From positions 405,031-469,030 of the forward strand of contig BCKQ01000008.1 of assembly GCA_001600695.1 (NCBI GenBank): a stretch of DNA of 64,000 nucleotides, given 5' to 3'. How positions within the stretch are numbered: position 1 is the stretch's first letter; every line of letters begins with the position of its first letter. Positions 23,787-35,895 of the stretch are shown in pieces. A model generated the notes under the pieces. It was not told the DNA's origin. It was given only the letters and a program-made list of their open reading frames with translations, and did no database searches. The position numbers and the translations under genes were made by a program. This DNA is from Ascoidea asiatica JCM 7603. Lineage: Eukaryota > Fungi > Ascomycota.

Positions 23787-25055
23787 TTATTTTTCAGTCA
23801 ATAATGTTGCATTTGAACCAGACTTATTAAGTGTCATTAAATTTATATTTTCTTTTTTATTTCTAGAATAATTTGAGAGTTCATAACTATTAATTGTATT
23901 TGTTGAGGCAAATGGATTCATATTATTATTTTCATTTAAATTTCTATTATCATTATTATTACTATTACTATTACTATTACTATTACTATTACTATTATTT
24001 TCTGTAGCTATGATATTTTCATTGATATTATTAACTTTATTATAAAATTCATTGAAATTTTTATAACCTAATTTAAAATTTGAAAATTTAAAACTTTTCT
24101 TAATTGGAATTTCAATTGATCTACCTTTGAAAATATAACCTGGATAAAATGGTGGTAATAATAAACCAACTGCAAAAGTTATCATTAAAGCATCAAATAC
24201 AAGTACATAAGCTTCATGAGTCATTAAATAACCATTCCAACCTTGAGATAATTCTGCAACTCTATAAATACAACGAATTAAAATAAATAAAACAGAAATT
24301 GTAAGAATTATTGGAAAAATTTTAAAATATTTTTGATTTCTAATAAATTTAAAACTAGGATCAAATAAATAATCTTTATCATCTATATTAAGTTTATTTT
24401 TAGTTAAATTATTTTGATTTATTTCATTTTGATTATAATAAATTAAGTTATTAGTTTTATAATAAATTGAATAAAAAAAATAAAACCAAAGAATTAAAAA
24501 TATACTCATACTAATAACTTGAATAATCATACCTATTAACATAAGATTTGAACCATTTTTACTTGTTTTATTATCATTTGCACTTGCAGCAATTCCACCA
24601 CCTAAAGCTTGAAGAATTAAACTAAAAATATCACAAAATATAAAAATATATGAATATGCAAATGGTTTTAATAAACCATAATAATCACCATAAATTACAA
24701 TTAATTTTGCTAAAAGAAAATAAATTCCAGCCATAAGAAAAGCAGGAGCAATTGTTAAACAAACAATTTGAATTAAAAAATAATTATGATTTGTATAATT
24801 TGAATAAGATAAAGTTCTAGCAATGTAACCAATTGATTCTAAACCACATCCAATAAAAAAAGTTACACCAAAATAAGTTTGTTTGAAAAAAATAGATAAA
24901 ATTGTATGAGAAATAAAAAAAACAGATAATAAAATTGCGAAAATTATATTACCAACAAGTGAAGGTTGCATTCCATATGAATTAACTTCAGTTGAAGTAG
25001 ATTCTGCAATTGAAGATGTTAAAGAAACTGAATATATAACTGAAGTTGAAGTCAT
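23787..25055 (-). CDS. RTA1/RSB1-family lipid-translocating exporter, paralog 2
   Basis: Same motifs as paralog 1, with long near-identical DNA stretches (e.g. the RVAELSQGWNGYL coding region). Confidence 0.92.
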   Translation of the reverse strand: MTSTSVIYSVSLTSSIAESTSTEVNSYGMQPSLVGNIIFAILLSVFFISHTILSIFFKQTYFGVTFFIGCGLESIGYIARTLSYSNYTNHNYFLIQIVCLTIAPAFLMAGIYFLLAKLIVIYGDYYGLLKPFAYSYIFIFCDIFSLILQALGGGIAASANDNKTSKNGSNLMLIGMIIQVISMSIFLILWFYFFYSIYYKTNNLIYYNQNEINQNNLTKNKLNIDDKDYLFDPSFKFIRNQKYFKIFPIILTISVLFILIRCIYRVAELSQGWNGYLMTHEAYVLVFDALMITFAVGLLLPPFYPGYIFKGRSIEIPIKKSFKFSNFKLGYKNFNEFYNKVNNINENIIATENNSNSNSNSNSNSNNNDNRNLNENNNMNPFASTNTINSYELSNYSRNKKENINLMTLNKSGSNATLLTEK

Positions 25056-26052
25056 TTTTGATTATTTTTATTTTTATTTTTATTTTTATATTTGAGTTAT
25101 TTGAATTATTTGAGATAATTTCATTTCTTTTTATATTATAACATAATATATTAAATAAATTATGAGATCTCGTAATATAAAGTATAAAAATTTTATATAA
25201 AAATTAATAATTTGAATGGTTTTCTCAAATAAGAAATAGAATATATAGATTAGTATGTTTATTATATTATAGAATAATATTAAAATATAGAATGAAACTT
25301 TATAGAAAAGATAAAATGGAATTGTAAACTACTAATGACTTAATCAGGATTGTCTTTTTTTCAAAGATTAAACAGGAAAAGATTATAAATTCAAAAATTT
25401 TGTGTCGTAAGTCTATATTGTTAAAGAAGAATAATATAGGATTAGGAATAGAAAATAGGAAAAAGATAACTAAAAAAAAGCAATAATTCAGCTTCTAATT
25501 TTAGAATTTGAAAAGTTTAATAAAAGGAAATAAAAGAGAATATGAAAAAAGTGGTAGTAATTGATTGTTTAATAGATAATTGAAAATAAAATATATTTGG
25601 AAAGAAGTAAATAAAAAAGTAGATTAAAAGAGAAATGAAGACTCGAAATGGGATTGAAAAAGCTTAATTGGAAGAAAAAAAAAGAAATGGATGAGATTGA
25701 TAATATTATTCAATTTTGTTTTATTTTGTTCACTATTTCTTATTCAACGATTTATCTTTGAACAATTCTATTTATATTTGGCTTATGTTTACAAAAGCCT
25801 CGATGAATAAACAATAACAAAAAAAGAGTAGAAAAAACTTCTTTGAAATAATATTTACAGCCATTGAAAGTGAAATAAATTTAGATAAATTGAAAGGAAA
25901 ACAAGTTTAAAACCAAACAGGGAGTATTATTTTGGTTTTAGGCGTTTCTCGACGCAGAGTGCAGTTGGAGTATTTTTTATGCAGCATTAAGCGTTATATT
26001 AACATTTAAAGTTTGGAACCAAGCAGGGTGACGGTAAAATCTATACGCCAAA

Positions 26053-26338
26053 CCACAGTTACCCGCGTATTAAGCCTTCCCGTGGCGGACAAAAAATCGG
26101 TACGGGTCCTGGTTTCGGCTTTAGAATATACATTCCGTTATCCGCAGACCGTGTCCTGAAACCAGTTTTATGGAATCCTTTTAAGACAGACTTCCAAATA
26201 TATAACCACGTGCAATGTCCTGATTTTATCATTTTCCTCAGCAGCTGCAAAAAACGTCATGTCAGGTGACATTTTGCCATTTATGCACTAGCCAGAAAGA
26301 GGCTCAACAGTTCCCAAAATGGCCAAATATAACTGTGG
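26053..26338. promoter_or_regulatory. Met31/32-type (AACTGTGG) plus Cbf1-type (CACGTG) sites, with a Reb1-type site
   Basis: CCACAGTT 26053-26060, TTACCCG 26059-26065, CACGTG 26207-26212 and AACTGTGG 26331-26338, in the divergent intergenic region before the STR3-like gene. Confidence 0.5.
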
Positions 26339-27527
26339 TGAATATGAATTTGAAAATGTCGTAACTGTTTAACGTTAGTAAGCAATAATGAAATATTAAT
26401 ACCTTTTTGTTATTTTATATAAAAGGAGAAAATTCCTTAAAATTTTAATCCTTTTACAATTTTTTTCAGTTATTTTTTACAATTTGTATAAAATACATCA
26501 TATTCATCAAATTTCTCAAATCAATTTCAATATTCAAGTGTTTTCCCATATTAAAAGATTATCAAAAGAATGTCAACTTTTTCGTAATGATCCCATAATA
26601 CTGGTTCTCAAGCTTTGTCCCACTGGAATGGTAATTAAGATGTGAGTCATATAAATTAATTAATTAATTAAATAATTTTATTCCGATTCTCCATAATTTT
26701 GATCGATTTTTCTTTAATAATTCAATTCTCTTATCAATTGATGAAAAAATTGACTAAATGTAATTAAAATGTTAGGATTATCAAGAAATATTCAAAGAAA
26801 TGGTAATGAAATTAAAATCTTTCTTTTAAAAAAAGTATTTCAACTTACATAAAATATCATTAAAAATTGACTCGGGATTTCAACTTTCTTATCTTCAAAA
26901 CAAATTTCAAATTTTATTCTCTTCAATGTCAAATTTAACACAATTTATGAGAACCGATTTTCAATTGTCGATTATTTCCATTAAATTTTAATTAATTTCA
27001 AATTATGTAAATATATCATTTCATCAAATATCATCATATAATAATAATTATAATATATTCATATAATATATCAAATTAATCATAAATTTTCATTGAATAT
27101 AAATTTATTTATCTCTATTTTGGAGTTTATCTCATTTTCAAATTAAATTCGTTCAAATTATTTGATTTTATTTTAAATAAAATTGTATTTGTTACGAATT
27201 TCTTTACGAAAAAAAAAAAAGATAAGAAATTTAAACTTTATTTTATTCTATATTTTATATTCAATTAAAATTTTAATAAGAATCTAATTAATTTCTGAAT
27301 AAAGTAATTTTTATTCCGATTATTTTAATTTAATTTAATTTCTTCTTAACATTTGTCCTTTTTACTCTTTCATTTATCTTCAATGTATTTTGGTATATTT
27401 TTTTGATATTTAAATAGCTTATTTTCCTTATTTTTATTATCCATTGTCTTTTATTGTCTTTTATTGTCTTTTATTATCTTTTATTATTTCATTATTATCT
27501 TATTCTCCTTATATATTCATCATTAAA

Positions 27528-28874
27528 ATGTCATTTGATTCAAATTCTAATTCTGAAATAGATTCAGAATCTTATAGTATTGAAACTGAATTAATTAAAG
27601 GACCAAATGATCCATTATTAAAAGATAAATTTAATTCTTCAATATCACCATTATATCTTTCAACAACATTTCAAGGTAATAATAATAAATTTCAATATTC
27701 AAGATGGAATAATCCAACAAGATTAAATCTTGAATTACATTTAAAAAAATTAATGAATTCATATAAAACTTTTGTTGTAACAAGTGGTATGGGAGCATTT
27801 GATATTATTACAAAATTATTAAAAAAAGGTGATCATGTAATTGCAGGTAATGATTTATATAGTGGTAGTGATAAATTATTACAATTTTTATCAAAAAATC
27901 AAAATTTTATAAAATATGATAATGTTGATACAACAAATAAATTTGAAATTTTTAAAAAATTAAATTCAAATACAAGATTTATTCATTTAGAATCTCCAAC
28001 AAATCCATTAATGAAAATTATTGAATTAAAAGAAATTATAAATTATATTAAATTAAATTATCCATATTGTTTAATTATTTTTGATAATACAATGTTAACA
28101 TCATTAAATTTTAAACCATTAAATTTTGGTATTGATATTCATTATGAATCTGGTACAAAATATATTAATGGACATCATGATATAATGTGTGGAATAATAA
28201 GTTTAAAAGATAAAAAATTAAGTGAAGATATTAAAAAAATTATTGATTTAATTGGATCTGCAATTACACCATTTGATTCATGGTTAGTTTTAAGAGGTTT
28301 AAAAACAATGAAATTAAGATTTAAAAAAAGTGAGAAAAATACAAAAAAAATTATAAATTTTTTAAAATTAATACCAGAATTTAAAAATAAAATTAATTAT
28401 CCAAAATTAAATAAAAAAGAAAATAAAATTTTAAAAAGTTATTCAAAAGGTTATGGTAGTGTATTTTCATTAACAACAGGTTCAATTGAAAAAAGTTTAA
28501 AAATAGTTAAAAATTTAAAAATTTTTCATGAAACTGTATCATTTGGATCAATTTATTCATTAATTTCATTACCATGTTTAATGACATTTAAAATTATTGA
28601 TAAAGAAGTTTTAAATAAAAGAGGATTATCACCAGATTTAATTAGAATTTCAATTGGTATTGAAAATGTTAATGATTTAATTAAAGATTTAAATCAAGCT
28701 TGTAAAAAAGCAGGTTTAACAGTTCCAAAAGATTTTAAATTTAATTATGATAGTGATAGTGATAGTGATAATGATAATGATAGTGATAATGATGATGAAA
28801 ATAAGAATAGTATTGAAGAAATTAATGATCTTGATAATGATTATTCAAAAGAAAAAGTTTTATCTAAATTATAA
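27528..28874 (+). CDS. STR3: Cystathionine beta-lyase-like PLP enzyme (Cys/Met metabolism family)
   Basis: First ATG at 27528. Motifs PLYLSTTF, YSR..NPTR, SGMGA, LESPTNP, FDNTM, ESGTKYINGHHD (PLP Lys), SWLVLRGLKT, TVSFG, LIRISIGIE. Confidence 0.8.
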   Translation: MSFDSNSNSEIDSESYSIETELIKGPNDPLLKDKFNSSISPLYLSTTFQGNNNKFQYSRWNNPTRLNLELHLKKLMNSYKTFVVTSGMGAFDIITKLLKKGDHVIAGNDLYSGSDKLLQFLSKNQNFIKYDNVDTTNKFEIFKKLNSNTRFIHLESPTNPLMKIIELKEIINYIKLNYPYCLIIFDNTMLTSLNFKPLNFGIDIHYESGTKYINGHHDIMCGIISLKDKKLSEDIKKIIDLIGSAITPFDSWLVLRGLKTMKLRFKKSEKNTKKIINFLKLIPEFKNKINYPKLNKKENKILKSYSKGYGSVFSLTTGSIEKSLKIVKNLKIFHETVSFGSIYSLISLPCLMTFKIIDKEVLNKRGLSPDLIRISIGIENVNDLIKDLNQACKKAGLTVPKDFKFNYDSDSDSDNDNDSDNDDENKNSIEEINDLDNDYSKEKVLSKL

Positions 28875-29308
28875 TTAATTTTTAAATAGTTAATTGAATA
28901 TAATTAATATACAACATTTATTTATATTTATCGAGATTGAAGTGTTAAATTTGAAATAATTTCATTTTCTGGAAAGAATTTTTGAATAAATATTTTTAAA
29001 TATTTATGAATATTTATAAAAATGGATTTAAAATTGAATTAAAAGGGAAAGAATTGAAAAAACTGCAATGGTTACAAATTTAAAATCAACAAAAATTGAA
29101 ATTGGTTATTTAGAAGAACTACATTTTGATAAAAAAGAAGCAATCTTAGTTTGTTCATGATCATTCAATCAGTCTTTATTTTATCTCATTTCTTTATTTC
29201 AAATTCTTATAAGAACGAACATATAAAAAGAATATAAAAAATATAAAAAGAATATAAAAAGAATATAAAAAGAATATAAAAAGAATATAAAAAGAAAAAA
29301 AAAACAAA

Positions 29309-29406
29309 TGCTCTGGGGGAGGCTCGAACTCCCGGCCTTCAGCACACCCACAACGCTGGTAGCATTGTTATGAGGCTGACGCTCTAGCCAACTGAGCCAC
29401 CAAAGC
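29309..29406 (-). tRNA. tRNA-Met(CAT), elongator type, with 24-nt intron (29368-29345)
   Basis: Cloverleaf: acceptor GCTTTGG/CCAGAGC, D-arm GCTC/GAGC, anticodon stem TCAGC/GCTGA with loop CT-CAT-A|intron|T, T-arm GGGAG-TTCGAGC-CTCCC. Intron GTTGTGGG pairs with the anticodon loop; a poly-T terminator follows. Confidence 0.95.
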
Positions 29407-29702
29407 AGGGCTGGTGGTTTCTGGTTTGCAGAAGAATACAGGAGAGCTGCAGGGGAGCACATGAAGACTACTGTGCCACGTTTTCGAGGTCTGCACCGCC
29501 ATACACGTTCCAAATAAAGTAATTTGGATAATGCCAGCGGTGGCGAACCAAAGCTGTGGCTTGACAGTAACAGCAGCAATGGCATTAAAGCACTAAAAGT
29601 AATAGGCTAAGAAATAGGCTGAATCTCGAGATATAAACAATAAAAACAACAACAACAACAACAACAATAGGAATAGAAACAACAATATATTCAATAAAAG
29701 AA

Positions 29703-29775
29703 GAATATAATCAATAGGAATATAATCAATAGGAATATAATCAATAGGAATATAATCAAAAGGAATATAATCAAA
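29703..29775. repeat. 15-nt tandem repeat (GAATATAATCAATAG) x5 in the 5' region of the Zn2Cys6 gene
   Basis: Units start at 29703, 29718, 29733, 29748 and 29763. Confidence 0.9.
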
Positions 29776-29854
29776 AGAAGAAGAAGAAGAAGAAGAAGAA
29801 GAAGATCATTGATTCATTACTGCCTAATCACTTCAAAAGACTCACATTCAAATA

Positions 29855-29920
29855 ATGTCAAATCTGAATAGTATTTTAAATTCAAGCTCTCCAGATACTT
29901 CTTTAATTACCAATAACAAC

Positions 29921-29965
<45 letters not shown>

Positions 29966-32677
29966 TCAGAAATAAATATACGTAAAAGACAAAGAATTTC
30001 AAGAGCTTGTGATTTTTGTAGAAAAAGAAAACAAAAATGTGATGGTAAAAATCCATGTAAAAGATGTTTATCTGAAGAATTAGTTTGTTCTTATTTTCAA
30101 CCAAATAATAGAGCAAATAGATTTAAAAATAAAATTACAAATATCAATAATAATAATATTAATAATAATAACTTATCTGAATTATCTCAAGATTTAAATC
30201 AAATTAATTCTTTATCTAATTCTATTAATAATTCAATCAATCATTCAATCAATAATCAAATAGAATCAAAAGATTTAATAAAATTTAAAAAAAATATTAA
30301 AGAATTAAATAATTCTCAAAATATTATACAACAAAATAATAACATTTTACAAAATAACATTTTACAAAATAATAATTTACAAAATAATGATCAATTATTT
30401 AATAGAATTTCAATTATTGAAAATAAAATGTCAATTATTGAATATTCAATTCAAAAAATTAATAATAAATTATCTATTTTAATAGATTTATCAAATTCTA
30501 ATATAATCTCAAATAATCTTGATAATAATAATCTTAAATCTAATAATTTTCAATCTAATATTAATATTGATATAAAAAGTAATATTGAAAATTTTAATTT
30601 ACAAATTAAAAATAATCATTTCTCAATTCCAATTATAGATCATGGTCATTGTCCATTTGGTTTTAAACATGTTTGTGGTAGTATATTATTACCATATTCT
30701 TTATTTAGTTCAAAAGGTTTAAATTTTATGTTAAATAAAATTAAAATTAATAATATTTCATTATTAAATAATAATATTAATAATAAAATTTCAAATTTAT
30801 TATTACCTTTATATAATTGTTATAAAAAAATGACAGATGAAATAAATTTTCAAAATAAAAATTATAGTAATATAAATAATTTATTAAATTTTGAAAATAT
30901 TATTCCATTTCCAAATAAATTATTAATTAATAAACTTTTTAATAATTCAATTTATTTACCATTTCCAAAAATTTTAATTAATGATATAAAATTATTATTT
31001 GAAAATTATTTTAATAATTCAATTTCAAATTCAAATTCAAATTCAAATTCAATTTCAGATTCTGATTATTTATTAATGAATATTATTATAGTTTTAATTT
31101 CATTATTATTAAAAGATTTTTATAAATATAATAATTTTAAAAATAATTCAAAAGATAATGAATTTTTATTAAATAATAAAATTAATTTTGAAAATTTAAT
31201 TAATTTTGAAAAAAATTATATTAAAAATTCTTTATATTATTATAAAAAAATTATTTCAAATAATGAAATTAATTTAAATAAAATTCAAGGTATTTTTTTC
31301 TTAGGTATTTATAATTTATTAAAATTTAATCCAAATATTTTTTATTTTTTAATTAAAGTTTCTTTAAATTTATCAATAAAATTAAATTTAAATAATGAAA
31401 ATTATTATTTAAATAATTCAAATTTAAATTTAAATTTAAATTTAAATTCAATTGAAATTAAAAAAAGTAAAATTATTTGGTTTTTAACTTATTATTTTGA
31501 AAGATTAAATTGTTTTGGAACTGGAATTTCACCAATAATTTTTAAAAATGAAAATAATTTAAATTTAAATAATTTTGAATTTTTAAATGAATCAAATTCA
31601 TTAATTTTTTTTAATTCAATTTTAAAAATTTCAAAAATTACAACTAAATTATTTTGTGAAAAATTAAGTTATGATAATTTTAATAATTTATCAAAAGAAT
31701 ATTCAAAAAATTCAATAAATGAAATTAAAAATGATTTAAATAATTGGGTTAATAATTTATTAATAAATTATAATATAAATTTAAATAAAGATTATGATAA
31801 TGATAATGATAATGATAATGAAGATATGAATGATTATAATGAAGATATGAATAAAATTAAATTAATTTATATTCATTTTATTTATAATTTACATTTATTA
31901 TATATTAATCAAATTGAAGTTTTATATGAATTAAAATTTAATAAATTTCCAAGAAATGAATTAATTAATTTAAATTCTTATAAAATAATTTTAAATTGTT
32001 CAAGAAAATTAATTAAATTAATTTTAAAAATTCCAAAGAATATGATAATTTTTTTATCAATATGTTTAAATTTTTATTTAATATCATTTACAACATTATT
32101 AATAAATATTATAGAATATCCATTTTATAAAGAAAGTTTAAAAGATTTAAAATTAATAATTAAATTTTTTAATAAAATTATTAATAATTCAAAATGTAAA
32201 TATCATTTAATGAATGTTAAATTTACTTTTAAAAGTTATATATTAATAATTTTTGAAATTTTAAAAAGTAATAATATTAATATTAATATTTATAATAATA
32301 ATGAAAATGAAAATGAAAATGATAAAGATTTTAAATTAAATGAAATTATTATGATTGATAAAAAATCAAATGATCATAGTAATGATAATAATAATAATAA
32401 TGGTAATGAGAATGGTAATGAGAATGAGAATGAGAATGAAAAGTTAGAAGTAATGGGAATTAAAGAATCTATTAAAACTTCTAATTATAATAATGTTGAT
32501 AAAGATAATATATTATCAGAAGAAGAAAATATAAATTCAATTTTAAATGAAATTTTTACAGATTATTCTAAACCAAAATTTGATTTAAATGAAGAATTAA
32601 TATTACTTAATTCAATTGATGGTAGTATATTTAATTCAGATATTTTTGAATTTGAATCATGTATAAGAAAAATATGA
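29855..32677 (+). CDS. Zn(II)2Cys6 transcription factor with fungal-specific middle homology region
   Basis: RISRACDFCRKRKQKCDGKNPCKRCLSEELVCSY; coiled coil RISIIENKM; MHR-like KIIWFLTYYFER..CFGTG. Confidence 0.9.
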
Positions 32678-32914
32678 ATATTGTATTTATATTTATCTTC
32701 ATATCATCTTCATATCATCTTCATATCATCTTCATATCATCTTCAATTTAACTGACTTCAGAGTGATTATAATGATTATTCCTATATTTGAATTCCCATC
32801 AAATGTCTCATCTCATCTCATCTCATCTCATCTTACAGAAAGAGAAAACAACTTCAAAACCAACTCCAAATTCAAAATCAGTTTCAAAATCATCAAAAGG
32901 CAAAAATGTGACCA

Positions 32915-33022
32915 CGGAAGGATGTGTGCCGAGTTCCGTTTTTGTGATCCGCTGAACGGGAACTTTTTGCCCGCTACCCGTGAAATCCGCGCCGGATATG
33001 TGAATCCGGCACTTCCGAGCCG
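32915..33022. promoter_or_regulatory. Cluster of inverted CGG...CCG zinc-cluster binding sites upstream of the EHT1-like gene
   Basis: CGG-N11-CCG at 32915-32931 and 32957-32973; CGG-N10-CCG at 32993-33008 and 33007-33022. Confidence 0.55.
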
Positions 33023-33200
33023 TGGAAGTTCAATTTTCTACTTTCGTTCCGATTCAAACCAAAAGAAACATTTCAAAGCTTTAATAAAAGTATTTAAGAG
33101 GAATTGATTGTTTCATAAAGATTATTTAATATTCAAGTTAATTGATAACTTAGTCTTTATTATATTATAAGAACTTGCATTATAATAATAAAAAAAAATA

Positions 33201-34580
33201 ATGTTTTCTTGGGGTTTTAGAGGAACTGTATCTAGATTTAATTCTGAAGATACAATAAAATTTCCATTAAAAGAAAAAGAAAATGAAAATGAAGAAGTTA
33301 ATGATCAAATTGATGATGAAACTAATTTAATTCCATTTAGTAAACTTGTTGATCAAATAAATTCATTTAAAAATAATTCTAAATTTTATTTAAATCCATT
33401 TTTATTTAATGGTACTTTACAAACTTTATATTTAGGTACTCATGATTTTTCAAAAGATAATCAAATTTATTATGGTAGAAAAATTTTAATTTCTTTAGAT
33501 AATAAAAGTATAACTTCTATTGATTATGTTTTATCAAATCCAAATTTATCAAATGATGAATTTATAATTTTAGAAAAAAAAACTCATCCAAAAAATTGGC
33601 CAAGATTACATCCAAGAACAAGATTTTTAAATGATTTTGAAATTAAAGAATTTGAAAAATCTAATAATGATTTTAAACCAATTTTAATTATATGTCATGG
33701 TTTAGGTGGTGGATCTCATGAACCAATAATTAAAAAACATGTTGAAAATTATTTTAATTTAAATATTTTTTCTCAAATTATTATTTTACATTCAAGAGGT
33801 TGTGGTAGAACAAAAATTTCAACACCTGAATTATTTTGTGGTTTATCAACAGATGATTTAAGAAAATTAATTTTAAATTTAAAAAAAAATTTTAAAAATA
33901 GACCAATTTTTATTATTGGTTTTAGTTTTGGTTCAGTAACTTTAATAAATTATTTAGGTAAATATATTGGTTTTAAAAAAAATGGAATTTCATTTGCAAT
34001 TACTATTGGTAATCCATGGGATATGGTTGATTCAAGTTATCATATACAAAATAATTTATCTGGTAAATATTTATTTTCACCTTTAATTACAAAATTTTTA
34101 TTTAAATTAATTAAAAATAATTTTAATGAATTAAAAAAAATTAATAATAAAAATATAATTAATGAAGAAAATTTAAAAATTATACCAAATTCAATAATTG
34201 AATTTGATGAATTATTTACTTGTAAATTTTTTAAATTTCAAACAGTTTTTGATTATTATAGATTATCATCACCTGTAAATAGAATTAAAAAAATTAAAAC
34301 TCCATTATTATCATTTAATTCAATTGATGATCCTGTTATTGGAATTAATTTACCAATAAAAGAATTTAAAAAAAATCCATATTGTATTTTAATTAGTACA
34401 AATTTAGGTGGACATCTTGCATGGTTAAAAAATAATAATGAATCTTGGTTAGTTAATGAAATTGGTAATTTATTTAAAAATATGATTAAAAATATTAATT
34501 TTTCAAAAAAATTAAATGATAATAATTATGAATATAAAAAATCTATTTTTGAACAAGAAGAAAATGAAAATGAAATTTAA
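33201..34580 (+). CDS. Acyl-CoA:ethanol O-acyltransferase / medium-chain fatty acid ethyl ester synthase (Eht1/Eeb1 family, alpha/beta hydrolase)
   Basis: LFNGTLQTLY, WPRLHPRTRFL, HGLGGGSHEP, RGCGRTKISTP, GFSFG nucleophile elbow, DDPV, GGHLAW. Confidence 0.9.
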   Translation: MFSWGFRGTVSRFNSEDTIKFPLKEKENENEEVNDQIDDETNLIPFSKLVDQINSFKNNSKFYLNPFLFNGTLQTLYLGTHDFSKDNQIYYGRKILISLDNKSITSIDYVLSNPNLSNDEFIILEKKTHPKNWPRLHPRTRFLNDFEIKEFEKSNNDFKPILIICHGLGGGSHEPIIKKHVENYFNLNIFSQIIILHSRGCGRTKISTPELFCGLSTDDLRKLILNLKKNFKNRPIFIIGFSFGSVTLINYLGKYIGFKKNGISFAITIGNPWDMVDSSYHIQNNLSGKYLFSPLITKFLFKLIKNNFNELKKINNKNIINEENLKIIPNSIIEFDELFTCKFFKFQTVFDYYRLSSPVNRIKKIKTPLLSFNSIDDPVIGINLPIKEFKKNPYCILISTNLGGHLAWLKNNNESWLVNEIGNLFKNMIKNINFSKKLNDNNYEYKKSIFEQEENENEI

Positions 34581-35163
34581 TTTTTTATATTATCTTACAA
34601 ATTTTTTTAAATAACTTTTTTTTTTCTTTAATTCACTTAAAATTTTATATCTTTAATTTCACCAATTATATATTTACTCTGATTTTGGAGTGATGATTGT
34701 AGTTCAAATGAAATATTTAATTAAAACTTCATTCCATTCATTAATTTTAAATAAAATAGATAATAAATAAATATGAGGAGAGTAGAAAGTTCTATGTTTG
34801 AAAAATGATCTTTTTCTCAAAAATTTAGTATCTAAAGTTTTTTTATTAATATAAAGATTTGACATTGGATTCTGATTCAGAATTTTCTTCAAAAGGTCAA
34901 GATGAATTTGAATTCCAATAGAACTCCCCAAAGGTTCAATCGATTTTCCTAGGATCACAAATATTTTATCTTAGATGTAGATATTCAAATTTGGAATAAA
35001 TTAATTTCAAAATCAAGAGATCAATGATGAAAAGTATCTAATTGAATTGGAAGTGAGTAAAATAAAAAAATGTAACAAAATAAGTTTTATTATTATCATT
35101 ACTTGAAAATGATATTTATATACATATATGATTAAATTAAATTGATGAAATTAAAATTTTTTT

Positions 35164-35589
35164 TTAATGATTAATTATTAATTTATTACCAGGTTCCCAA
35201 TTTTTTATAACATTTTTAATATTTGACCAATATTTTAAATAAATTGTTTCTTTAATAGCTTTAATAAATAAATTTTTTAAAATTAAATTATTTTTTTCAT
35301 TATAAATTTTTAAATAAATTTTATTTAAATTTAATTCTGAAATTTTAATTCTATTATTATTTTGAATATTTAAATTATTAATTTCAGATTCTAAATTTGA
35401 ATTTTCTAAATCTTCATAAATTTCATATATTTTTAATAAATCTTCAGTATTTAAATCATTATTATTATTATCATTAATTAAATCTATATTATTTAATAAT
35501 AAATAATGTTGTGATCTTGTTAATGGATTTTTTAAAGATTCATAAGCTTTATTTAATAAAGAAGATTTATATTCAATATCCATTTCTTG

Positions 35590-35624
<35 letters not shown>

Positions 35625-35895
35625 TTAAATTTCTAAGTATATCAGGATGATATAAAGATTGTAATTTCATATATTCATTTCTTAAAGATTTTAAATTAAT
35701 TATAAATTTATCATTTGGTAAACCACCATTTGGAAATGTTTTTGGAAATATTTTAAAAAAATTAATTTGTTTATTATTTTGAATATTATTAATTGAAAAA
35801 AATCTTTTAAGATGATTATATGGATTTGGATTTGGATTTGGATTTGAAATTGAAATTGAAATTGATATAATTGAATATAATCTGATTTTAAACAT
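35164..35895 (-). CDS. JAC1: Mitochondrial Fe-S cluster J-protein co-chaperone (HscB/Jac1)
   Basis: Presequence; J-domain LRNEYMKLQSLYHPD and SSLLNKAYESLKNPLTRSQH; C-terminal LKYWSNI...WEPG. Confidence 0.9.

Noticed and set aside
29199-29585. 128-aa ORF
   Set aside because: It overlaps the tRNA-Met gene and an 11-nt tandem repeat, has a non-ATG start and has no protein-like features.
32763-33107. 114-aa ORF (and similar ORFs at 22530, 26059, 35942, 43545, 52517, 59673)
   Set aside because: They coincide with GC-rich promoter islands, use codons unlike the real genes, and several start at non-ATG codons.
34690-34958. Possible C/D snoRNA (GTGATGA at 34690) or 84-aa ORF between EHT1-like and JAC1
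   Set aside because: The nearest CTGA is about 180 nt away, with no terminal stem or recognisable rRNA guide; the ORF has a GTG start and no motif.
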